A stretch of 64,000 bases of DNA from positions 11,447-75,446 of the forward strand of contig JAAWAR010000111.1 in the NCBI GenBank assembly GCA_022792295.1. Reading direction: 5' to 3'. The notes under the pieces were generated by a model, which was given only the letters and a program-made list of their open reading frames with translations, searched no databases and was not told the DNA's origin. Shown here piece by piece: positions 30,673-39,246 of the stretch. Origin of the DNA: Lachnospiraceae bacterium (lineage in GTDB: Bacteria > Bacillota > Clostridia > Lachnospirales > Lachnospiraceae). Each line of letters begins with the position of its first letter. The first letter of the stretch is position 1. A program made the translations under genes and the position numbers.

Positions 30673-31863
30673 ATGGAGCGGCGCTATAATTTCCGGATTT
30701 ATCCGAATCCGGCGCAGGAAACGCAGATACAGAAGAATTTTGACTGCGTTCGTTTTGTTTATAATTATTACCTGGCAAAGCGCAGGGAGGCGTACGAGAG
30801 CGGAAGGGGGATTATCGGCTATAACGAGATGTGCCGGGACATGACGCAGCTTAAGCGGACGGCGGGGTATGAGTGGCTTCGCGAGGCGGATCATAATTCC
30901 CTGCAGCGGGCACTGAAACAGCTAGATTTAGCCTTTCAGAAGTTTTTTCGGAATGTAAAGCAGAAGGGCACGGCGCCGGGATTTCCCGTCTTTAAATCGA
31001 AAAAGAGCCTGCGTCAGTCATACACGAGTCCCGCAAGTACGCCGAAACAGTACACAGACAAACGAACGGGAAACGTACGGGAACAAAAATCAAGTGTGGC
31101 GCTGTATGAAAATTCCATTAAGCTTCCGAAGCTTGGCAGGGTAAAATGCCGTGTATCCAAAAAGGCAGAGGGGCGTATTCTCTCCGCGACGGTTTTAAGG
31201 ACGGCTGCGGGGAGATATTTTGTTTCTCTCGTCTTTACGGACTGGGGGCCGGTGCCGTTTTTGCAAACGGGGAAAGCGGCAGGAATGCAGCTTGGCATCC
31301 GAACGCTTGTGACTCTGTCGGACGGGACGGAAATCAAGAATCCCTATTTTTTAAAGAAATCCAGAAAAAAGATCCTGCGCCTGCAAAAGGAGCTGTCGCG
31401 AAAGACAAGCGGCAGCCAAAATTATGAGAAGGCCAGGAAAAGGCTGGCACGGGCATATGAGCATACCCATAACCAGAAGGCGGATATGCTTCACAAGCTG
31501 ACGACGCAGCTTGTGCGGGAATACGATGTGCTTTGTGTGCGTGACGAGCCGTTAAAGAAGATGATAAGAGAGCGTCGGTTTGCAGGACCTCTTTTGGACG
31601 CGGGATGGGGGGCACTTGTAAGCGAGCTGTCTTATAAATGTGGCTGGTATGGAAAAACACTTGTAAAAATTGACCCGCTTTATCCGAGTACAAGGCGCTG
31701 CAGCGTATGCGGCTTTGAGTATATGCCTGTATCAAGGCAAAAGAGGATAATGGAATGGAACTGTCCGAGCTGTCATACGAGGCATAAGCGCGCAGTCAAT
31801 GCGGCAGTCAATCTGTTAAAGGAAGGAATGCGTCTGGCAGAGACCGGCCGGGAGGCGTCCTGA
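30673..31863 (+). CDS. tnpB: Nuclease-dead TnpB (TldR-like RNA-guided DNA-binding protein)
   Basis: GGAGG RBS then MERRYNFRIYPN (IS605 OrfB HTH), IKLPKLG, intact CSVC/CPSC Zn ribbon; RuvC motifs read GMQLG, CVRDE, HKRAVNAA instead of GxDLG, xEDL, HDRDxNAA. Confidence 0.9.
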   Translation: MERRYNFRIYPNPAQETQIQKNFDCVRFVYNYYLAKRREAYESGRGIIGYNEMCRDMTQLKRTAGYEWLREADHNSLQRALKQLDLAFQKFFRNVKQKGTAPGFPVFKSKKSLRQSYTSPASTPKQYTDKRTGNVREQKSSVALYENSIKLPKLGRVKCRVSKKAEGRILSATVLRTAAGRYFVSLVFTDWGPVPFLQTGKAAGMQLGIRTLVTLSDGTEIKNPYFLKKSRKKILRLQKELSRKTSGSQNYEKARKRLARAYEHTHNQKADMLHKLTTQLVREYDVLCVRDEPLKKMIRERRFAGPLLDAGWGALVSELSYKCGWYGKTLVKIDPLYPSTRRCSVCGFEYMPVSRQKRIMEWNCPSCHTRHKRAVNAAVNLLKEGMRLAETGREAS

Positions 31864-31882
31864 TAGAGAAAGAATGAAAAAA

Positions 31883-32009
31883 GCGGTACGGCCGGGCAGG
31901 CCGGAACCAAAACGCCTGTGGAGAAAGTGTGCAGATACAGTAAAAAAGCGTTCAGGGAAGCAGGAATCCTGGACTTACGGGAGTGCCAAAATCCATATGA
32001 TAATAAATG
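31883..32009 (+). ncRNA. Putative omegaRNA/gRNA scaffold (about 31883-31989) plus guide (about 31990-32009)
   Basis: Immediately 3' of tnpB: cggcc-GGGCA-ggccg hairpin, aacgcctgtggag...gaagcaggaatcc, terminal hairpin tcctg/cggga, then gTGCCaa; loop GGCA is complementary to TGCC (pseudoknot). Confidence 0.7.
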
Positions 32010-32047
32010 CGGCTGGAACACCATTTCAGACCGAAAGGCGGACAGAG

Positions 32048-34567
32048 ATGGAGAGATATAGGAAAAAGGATGTATTGCAGAAAGTGGCAATATTAATAGA
32101 GGCGAATGAGGCGACCGCCGGCGGGAAGGCAGATACTGACTTAGAGGAGTCGGTCAATCAGTTAATACAATGCCAGGATACCGCTGTCCAGATTGGAACG
32201 TATCTGGAGGCAATGGGGGAAGAATGTGCTTTTCTGGTCGGGCTTCTTGAAGATTATTGTGAAAATATTTACCAGATGAGCCTAAGCCTTAACGATGCAA
32301 ACCGCCGCCGGAAGCTTGTCAAAAAGATCAGGAGACAGCTTGCACAAGTAAAAAGCGGTATTGAACTTACCATGCCGGCCGACCGGAGAGAAGTCGTATT
32401 TCTTCCATATAAGGCGAGTATGTGGGATTCATTAGAAAGCGCATGGAAAGCGCTCGATGCAGATGCGAATACGGACGCCTATGTCATCCCGATTCCCTAT
32501 TATGACAAGAATCCGGATGGCAGCTTCGGACAGGAACATTATGAAGGAGATCTGTATCCCGCCAGTGTCCCGATTACGAGGTATGATGCATACAAGATTG
32601 AGGAGCGCAGGCCGGATGCAATTTTTATACATAATCCGTATGATAACGGCAATTTTGTCACAAGCGTGCATCCGTTTTTCTATTCAAAGAACCTGAAGCA
32701 GTATACGGATGAATTGATTTATATCCCTTATTTTATTTTAGATGAAATAGACTCGGAGGATGAAAAAACAGTAGAAGTGATGAAACATTTCTGCATGGTG
32801 CCGGGGGTTTTTAACGCGGACAAAGTCATCGTACAGTCAGAAAATATAAAACGATTTTATATAAAGGCGCTTCTCAAAGCCGGGGATAGTCACAGTCCAG
32901 AGGTAAAAAGGTATTGGGAAAATAAGATCCTTGGGCTGGGATCGCCCAAAATTGACAAGGTATTGCATACAAAAAAAGAGGACCTGGAAATCCCGGAAGA
33001 ATGGGTAAAGATCATAGAAAAACCAGACAGAACCTGGAAAAAAATTATTTTCTATAATACAAGTGTCGGAGCCCTGTTAGAGCACAGGGAACGGATGATC
33101 GGCAAAATAGAGAATGTACTGCGGATCTTTAAAAGCGTGCAGGACGATGTGGCCTTACTTTGGAGGCCGCATCCTTTGACGGAGAGCACGCTTAAATCCA
33201 TGCATCCGACCCTACTTAAAAAATATGAAAGGATTGTAGAAGTTTATAAAAAGGAAAACTGGGGAATCTATGACGACACGGCGGACATGGACAGGGCCAT
33301 AGTGTTGAGCGACGCCTATTACGGGGATAACAGCAGTGTGTTGCATCTGTATAAATTAAGGAGAAAGCCTGTTTTTTTACAGAATCCGTCTATCATAGAT
33401 GAGCTGGCAGATGGCAGAACCCACAGGACGGATCCCTGTCTTCATTTTGAAAACCTGTACGACGACGGGGAATGCTTCTGGTTTACGGAGGATCGGTTTA
33501 ACGCGCTTTTTAGGATGGATAAGGACACTTGGGAAGCGGAATACATCGGCCGGTTTCCCAACGAAAAGGATACGGGGATCCGGCTTTATGCGGAAATTAT
33601 AGAGCATGGGAATAAATTGTATTTTACACCGCTTTATGCAGACGAGATCGGCGTATACGATAAAGGGAACGGGGCCTTTTCCAAAATTTCGTTTGCAGAA
33701 TTGGAGATCGGCTTTATAGAGGGCTCCGGAAGGTCGGCAAACTTTTATTCGGCGCATTTGATTGACGACTGCATGTATTTTATGCCGCACGAGAGAAATG
33801 CCGTGCTGAAGTATGATTTAAAAAACGGTGAAGTACAGGCCATATACAGCTGGGGCAGAGCGATCACGGAGAGATATGAGCTATCGGCTCCCCGGCTGGC
33901 GTTTCAAAGTATTTATGCAAACGGCTGCATTTTTGCTCCCATATCAGGCGGCAACCTTTTAGCAGTCCTTGACATAAAAACGGAAACGACAGAAATTTTG
34001 GAGATAGGCAGCAAGGAAAATACATATTTTGATGTCTGCTTATGGAAGAACCGATTGATTCTGGCACCGCTGCAGGGAAAGGAAATCATCAGTCTGCGGC
34101 TGCCGGATATGCAAACGGAGAAACTTTTTCTGGAAGAATCCAATCCCTATCAATTTTTTTCGATTATACAATGCCATGACAGGCTGTATATGTTCCCCTA
34201 TCAGTATAAGGAGATATTGGAGATTACCGTAAATGAGGAAGGGCGTATGACCTGCGGCCCCTGTAAAGTATGGAACGATACACAAAAGATGGGCTACAGG
34301 CATCCGACAGACAGCCGATACTTAAGTGTAGCCGTGTATTCCGGCCGACTGTATGCGTATGACAGCTTTGAAAAAAAGCTGATTCGTTTTACGCCGAAAA
34401 CCGGGGAATTAAGAAAAGAGGCAGTCAAAATTTGTATCAGCGCTCCTCATGGAAGGGACGTAAGGGAGGCTTTAAAGAAAGCGTATTTCAAGGCATTCGA
34501 GGAGGCTCCAATCGTGTGGGAGGCCGGCTGGAGAACCCTTGGAAGCTTTTTGGAGCTTATGACTTAG
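32048..34567 (+). CDS. CDP-glycerol glycerophosphotransferase-like (GT-B) protein with C-terminal beta-propeller-like region
   Basis: VVFLPYKASMWDSLES, IHNPYD, LGSPKID, LWRPHP, DAYYGDNSS; start moved to ATG 32048 (GAAAGG RBS) because the track's longer N-terminus overlaps the omegaRNA. Confidence 0.65.
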   Translation: MERYRKKDVLQKVAILIEANEATAGGKADTDLEESVNQLIQCQDTAVQIGTYLEAMGEECAFLVGLLEDYCENIYQMSLSLNDANRRRKLVKKIRRQLAQVKSGIELTMPADRREVVFLPYKASMWDSLESAWKALDADANTDAYVIPIPYYDKNPDGSFGQEHYEGDLYPASVPITRYDAYKIEERRPDAIFIHNPYDNGNFVTSVHPFFYSKNLKQYTDELIYIPYFILDEIDSEDEKTVEVMKHFCMVPGVFNADKVIVQSENIKRFYIKALLKAGDSHSPEVKRYWENKILGLGSPKIDKVLHTKKEDLEIPEEWVKIIEKPDRTWKKIIFYNTSVGALLEHRERMIGKIENVLRIFKSVQDDVALLWRPHPLTESTLKSMHPTLLKKYERIVEVYKKENWGIYDDTADMDRAIVLSDAYYGDNSSVLHLYKLRRKPVFLQNPSIIDELADGRTHRTDPCLHFENLYDDGECFWFTEDRFNALFRMDKDTWEAEYIGRFPNEKDTGIRLYAEIIEHGNKLYFTPLYADEIGVYDKGNGAFSKISFAELEIGFIEGSGRSANFYSAHLIDDCMYFMPHERNAVLKYDLKNGEVQAIYSWGRAITERYELSAPRLAFQSIYANGCIFAPISGGNLLAVLDIKTETTEILEIGSKENTYFDVCLWKNRLILAPLQGKEIISLRLPDMQTEKLFLEESNPYQFFSIIQCHDRLYMFPYQYKEILEITVNEEGRMTCGPCKVWNDTQKMGYRHPTDSRYLSVAVYSGRLYAYDSFEKKLIRFTPKTGELRKEAVKICISAPHGRDVREALKKAYFKAFEEAPIVWEAGWRTLGSFLELMT

Positions 34568-34593
34568 GAAAAGGAAAGGATTGGACGAGATAT

Positions 34594-35700
34594 ATGGCAA
34601 ATATAGATCAGCTGGAAAAAGAAATCAAAACACCGCTTCCCGGTGCGCCTGCAAGAGAGGAAGCCAGCACATATTATGTAGAGATTTTGTCGGAATGCAA
34701 TCTGAAATGTGTGATGTGCGGGTTTGGAAGCCGGGAGATATTTGAGAGAAAACGCGGGAAAATGGATGTTGCGCTGTTTGGGAAAATTGTAGATGAAATA
34801 GCAAAAAGAAGCCCGCATGCCACAGTCGCTCCCTACCATCACTGTGAACCGCTGCTTCATCCACAACTTTCAGAGATGGTTAAAATAATAAAGTCGCATA
34901 ATCTGTTTTGTGAGGTGTCTACAAACCTGAATGTTGCAGGGGGGCTAAAGGAACTATTGGAGGCAGGAGTAGATTCGCTTGACATTTCAGTCTCCGGCTT
35001 TTATCAGGAAACCTACGAAAAAAATCATGTTGGCGGAGACATCGAAGAAGTAAAGCGGAATTTAAAGCTTCTGCATGATTTGATAAAGCAGATGAAAACA
35101 GGCCCGCAGATTACCGTCTTTTATCATATGTATACGGATAATTTGGGAGAAGACTTTGAACGGATGAAAGAATATGTGGAGAGCCTGGGCTTTTCCTTTA
35201 GCCCTAACTGGTCGCGCTCCATATGTACGGAAATGTCACTGAAATATATAAGAGAGACCGGCTATTCCCGGTATCATGGAGAGACTCTTAAATGGTTTGA
35301 CGACATGCCTCCTCTAACAGATGCATATAAAAGCGGGATCGAGAGAATGATCTATCTCCCGCAGGATTATCTGGAAGGGAAATGGGGAGAGACCAGGCTT
35401 GACGAATGTCCGATGAATGGCAGGCTCATTAATATTCGATGGAACGGAAAACTTTCCTTATGCAGCTGTACGTTTGACGACAGGCTGTCTGTCTATGAAT
35501 ATCTGACAACTCCGATCGAACAACTGTGGGAAGCAAGGCGCAGCCATCCGGTCTGCAGAGAGTGCCTGGCAAATAATTATGCATTGTATATGAACTATTT
35601 TGATATGGATTACATAGACAAAATTGCAAGAGCCAGGCTTTCACCGGATTTGGCGTCAAACAGAAGATTTTTTGGAGATAATGGAGTGGCAGAGCTGTGA
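34594..35700 (+). CDS. Radical SAM protein with SPASM/twitch-like C-terminus
   Basis: CNLKCVMC (CxxxCxxC), EPLLHP, STN, C-terminal C...C...CREC. Confidence 0.9.
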   Translation: MANIDQLEKEIKTPLPGAPAREEASTYYVEILSECNLKCVMCGFGSREIFERKRGKMDVALFGKIVDEIAKRSPHATVAPYHHCEPLLHPQLSEMVKIIKSHNLFCEVSTNLNVAGGLKELLEAGVDSLDISVSGFYQETYEKNHVGGDIEEVKRNLKLLHDLIKQMKTGPQITVFYHMYTDNLGEDFERMKEYVESLGFSFSPNWSRSICTEMSLKYIRETGYSRYHGETLKWFDDMPPLTDAYKSGIERMIYLPQDYLEGKWGETRLDECPMNGRLINIRWNGKLSLCSCTFDDRLSVYEYLTTPIEQLWEARRSHPVCRECLANNYALYMNYFDMDYIDKIARARLSPDLASNRRFFGDNGVAEL

Positions 35701-37304
35701 GGAAATGTGAAAGATGGCCGGAGGAGAATGGCATAAAATTTTCCGTTTTGATCCCGACGAGAGACAGACTGGATCTATTAAAAACGGCTGTGGCCAGTGT
35801 ACAGAACCAAACATATGAGAATTGGGAACTGGTTATCGTGGATAATTGCAGCGAGGAGGACGTGGGCGGCTATGCGGCCTCTCTTGCAGACAGCCGGATT
35901 GTTTTTTATAGGCAGTCGGAAGCGGTGAGCGTTACGAAAAACTGGAATACGGCGAACGGCCTGGCGTCGGGGGATTACAGGATTATGCTGGGAGACGACG
36001 ACGCGCTGCTGCCTAAGGCGCTGGAAATCCTTGCAGAACGGATTTCGCGCCACGGACATCCGGAGATCGTAAGCTTTATGGCATATGAGTATTTGCAGCC
36101 GCATGTCGATCCCCAAAACAGGGAGGGAAATGTAGCGTTAAGCGTCCCGTTTCTTTTGGATGACAATACGGAAGAAATGTATCTGTCCATGGACTGGAGA
36201 AGAAGGAGCATCGAAGCCTGCTTTTCCTTTGAGAAGGTACTTGGGTACAATATGCAGTTTTACTGCTATAGCAGAAAACTGGTGCAGCGTCTGGAGCGCT
36301 ATGGCGCCTTTTATGAGCCGCCTTATCCGGATTATTATACGACGAGCATGGCGATGCTTCTGGCAGAAACGTTTTTATACATTCCCGAGGTTATCACGGT
36401 AATCGGAGTGACTCCGAAATCCTATGGCTGTTATTACAGGAACAACAACGAAAAGGAGGGCATGAAGTTCCACAAAGAGGAGAACTTCCGCTCTTTTGCG
36501 CCGCTGTCCGTGAGAGAAATGTTATGCAGTGTAGATGAAATGGATACGGCGGCATTTGCGACGTTTGCGTTGGCGGCAAAAAGGCTGAAGGGGCCGTATC
36601 CGAGCCTAAAGGGATATTATAAAGCAGTGCTTAAAAGAGAGGCTCTGTATCGGACCGTAGAGGAGCTTCGTTTTCTGACAGACCAGGAAATGGCGGCTCA
36701 CATAACGGAAGCGGAAAAGAGGGAGCTGTATGCCTATGCACAAGAACTTAAAAATACGAGGAAAGGCGCTCCGGCAGCCAATCCAGAAAAGCCGATTTGC
36801 TTTGCATCGTTAAACGGCCTTCTAAAAAACGTGGAGGGGGTCGAAAAGGCACTGCTTGAGCGCAGTGACAGGCAGTATGGAGACATTGACGAATGGCTTA
36901 AAGCAGAGGGGCTGGAGATAATAACCGCTAATTATGCGGGAAGAAGCATACGAGTGTGGGGCGCATATCCGAGAGGAATATACCTGAAACAGAAATTGCG
37001 AAAAGCCGGATTTTTGGTGAATGGGTGTATAGACCGAATGGCGCTCGAGAAAAATTTTGCAGAAAAAACCTTTGCAGAGAACACGGTCCTATCTCCCAAA
37101 CAGGCCCTTAGCAGAAACAGAGAAGAATATATTGTGATTCCTCTGCTGAGCCGGCACGCAGAGATACTCGAATGGCTGAAGCAAGGGGAGTACGAACCGG
37201 AGAAGGATTTTTTGTATATGGGCGTGTCCGGCGGGAAACCAGAGGGAGAGATGAATGGAAAGGCTTTGCATTTTACAAGTATACCCACAGGGGAGAGGGA
37301 TTGA
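35697..37304 (+). CDS. Glycosyltransferase family 2
   Basis: FSVLIPTRDR, QTYENWELVIVDNCS, LGDDD. Confidence 0.9.
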   Translation: MRKCERWPEENGIKFSVLIPTRDRLDLLKTAVASVQNQTYENWELVIVDNCSEEDVGGYAASLADSRIVFYRQSEAVSVTKNWNTANGLASGDYRIMLGDDDALLPKALEILAERISRHGHPEIVSFMAYEYLQPHVDPQNREGNVALSVPFLLDDNTEEMYLSMDWRRRSIEACFSFEKVLGYNMQFYCYSRKLVQRLERYGAFYEPPYPDYYTTSMAMLLAETFLYIPEVITVIGVTPKSYGCYYRNNNEKEGMKFHKEENFRSFAPLSVREMLCSVDEMDTAAFATFALAAKRLKGPYPSLKGYYKAVLKREALYRTVEELRFLTDQEMAAHITEAEKRELYAYAQELKNTRKGAPAANPEKPICFASLNGLLKNVEGVEKALLERSDRQYGDIDEWLKAEGLEIITANYAGRSIRVWGAYPRGIYLKQKLRKAGFLVNGCIDRMALEKNFAEKTFAENTVLSPKQALSRNREEYIVIPLLSRHAEILEWLKQGEYEPEKDFLYMGVSGGKPEGEMNGKALHFTSIPTGERD

Positions 37305-39216
37305 AGCATACCTTTATTATCTGGCTGAAAAATTGCAGGAAATTTCTGCTTTTATGGTGGTTGCCGCAAACGGCGGGGTAAAGGACTGCGACAGGCAGCG
37401 CTTAAAAGAAATGCATTTGAACCTGTATGAGCGCCCGGACGCCGGATTTGACTGCGGGGCGTTTAAGGACACGCTGGAAAGGTACATAACATGGGAAGGC
37501 GTACAGGAATATGACGAATTGATTTTAGTAAATGATTCCTGCTATGGACCGCTTTTCCCCCTCGATGAAATGTTTCATAAAATGGACAAAGAAAAGGCTT
37601 CCCTGGATTTTTGGACGATTACTGAGCAGCAGCCGTTTAAAAAGGGACCATACTGTGAGGAAAAGATACCGTATCATATACAGCCGTATTTTGCAGTCAT
37701 CCGAAAAAAACTGCTGCATAGCCCGGATTTTTCTGATTTTTGGAAGGGCTTAACCGTACCGGAGAATTATTGGGAGGCGGTTGAGAACTATGAATTGAAA
37801 TTTGCCGCATTTTTTGCGGCGCGGGGCTATACGTGCGGAGCCTATGTGGATTCTGCCAGGTTTTGCAAGAGCGATACGGAGTGGTTTGCCTATGTTATGT
37901 TTGATATATTTCGTCTGATTTCCGAGTGCAGATGCCCGTTTGTCAAGAGAAAGGCGTTCAAATATATACAGGAAACGATATATAAATTAAACGCCGGTGA
38001 AACGGTGCGGAAGACTTTGGATTATATCCAAACGCATACCGCTTATCCGGCCGAGCTGATTTGGGAGGATCTGATCCATGACCTGCCGCCCAAAGCCCTG
38101 CATTTGGCGCTTCATTTAGACTATATGGTTCCTTCACACGATCGGACAGAGGGACACCAGGACGGTTTAAAGCGGAAGCTGTTCGTGTATGTCCGGGATA
38201 TAGACTTTGCAGAAGCATGCCTGAAACGGATCAATACCCTGCCTCCGAACACAGATGCTTATATGTATGCCGAAGGGCCTGCCATTAAAAAAATTTTTAA
38301 CGGCAGTACGCATGCAAAGCTTTGGAACCGGATTGATTCATGGGAGCAGACAGAAGAAATACATGCCGGCGAGTCGGATTATCTGTGTCTCATAATAGAC
38401 GACACAGCCACAAAAAAATTTTTTTATCATGCGGCAAAGCTTTCCTATATAGAAAGCGTATGGGAAAATATGTGGTTGGATCCTTCCTACGTTGAAAATG
38501 TGGTTTTTATTTTTGAAAAAGAAAAGAAATTAGGGCTTTTAACGCCTCCGGAGCCTTATTTTTCGATTTTCTTTACCTCCTGCTTTGCGTCTAAACCGTC
38601 TTCGGATGAAACTTTTACGACCAATCACGCGTTTTGGATTCGAACGGCAGCGATTCGGGAGCGTCTGTCCGGGCGTATAGAAAAAGAGTGGCTGTTTCCT
38701 TTGGCAGACACGTTATCCAAAGCCGTAAGGCGGTCCGGATTTTACAGCGGAATTTTGATGGAGGAACACTGGACATCCGTGTTTACGGCGAATTACCGTT
38801 ATATGCTGGAAGGGCTGACAAAACATATAGCGGGGGATGTCTTGTGCAACGGAGAATATGCGGAGATCATTTCCGTCAATCCCGAAATCTATCATTTTTG
38901 TCATGTATACAAAAAAATATATATCTACGGCGCCGGAAAGTTCGGGCATCACTGCCTGAACTATCTGAGTCAGAACGAAATCGAGTTTAAGGGGTTTGTC
39001 GTATCGGACGGGCAAAAGGAAAAAAACCATGGCATACAGCCGGTCTATGGGCTGAGTGAGATTGCGCTTGGCCCGGATGAGGGAATTATAGTCGGAGTCG
39101 GAAAAGAATATCTGGCAGAGGTCGAAAATGAATTGAAGAAAAGAAAAATCAGCCGTTTTGTCAGATGCGTAGACTGGGATGCGCAGATTGAGGAAAAGGC
39201 AAAAAACTATACATGA
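37255..39216 (+). CDS. Rhamnan synthesis F (RgpF) family protein
   Basis: GFDCGAF, LVNDSCYGP, DFWTIT, HIQPYF, YELKF, CPFVKRK. Confidence 0.85.
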   Translation: MERLCILQVYPQGRGIEAYLYYLAEKLQEISAFMVVAANGGVKDCDRQRLKEMHLNLYERPDAGFDCGAFKDTLERYITWEGVQEYDELILVNDSCYGPLFPLDEMFHKMDKEKASLDFWTITEQQPFKKGPYCEEKIPYHIQPYFAVIRKKLLHSPDFSDFWKGLTVPENYWEAVENYELKFAAFFAARGYTCGAYVDSARFCKSDTEWFAYVMFDIFRLISECRCPFVKRKAFKYIQETIYKLNAGETVRKTLDYIQTHTAYPAELIWEDLIHDLPPKALHLALHLDYMVPSHDRTEGHQDGLKRKLFVYVRDIDFAEACLKRINTLPPNTDAYMYAEGPAIKKIFNGSTHAKLWNRIDSWEQTEEIHAGESDYLCLIIDDTATKKFFYHAAKLSYIESVWENMWLDPSYVENVVFIFEKEKKLGLLTPPEPYFSIFFTSCFASKPSSDETFTTNHAFWIRTAAIRERLSGRIEKEWLFPLADTLSKAVRRSGFYSGILMEEHWTSVFTANYRYMLEGLTKHIAGDVLCNGEYAEIISVNPEIYHFCHVYKKIYIYGAGKFGHHCLNYLSQNEIEFKGFVVSDGQKEKNHGIQPVYGLSEIALGPDEGIIVGVGKEYLAEVENELKKRKISRFVRCVDWDAQIEEKAKNYT

Positions 39217-39246
39217 AACATGCATAGTTGTCTGGGAGAATGAAAC

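Noticed and set aside
29724-31989. Intact IS607 element (serine TnpA + TnpB)
   Set aside because: IS607 TnpA has an N-terminal HTH and abuts tnpB. This recombinase has a C-terminal HTH, is 350 bp away with its own inverted sites in between, and the TnpB is catalytically dead
31874-32047. ORF-track N-terminal extension of the 897-aa protein
   Set aside because: Overlaps the omegaRNA scaffold; better RBS and ATG at 32048
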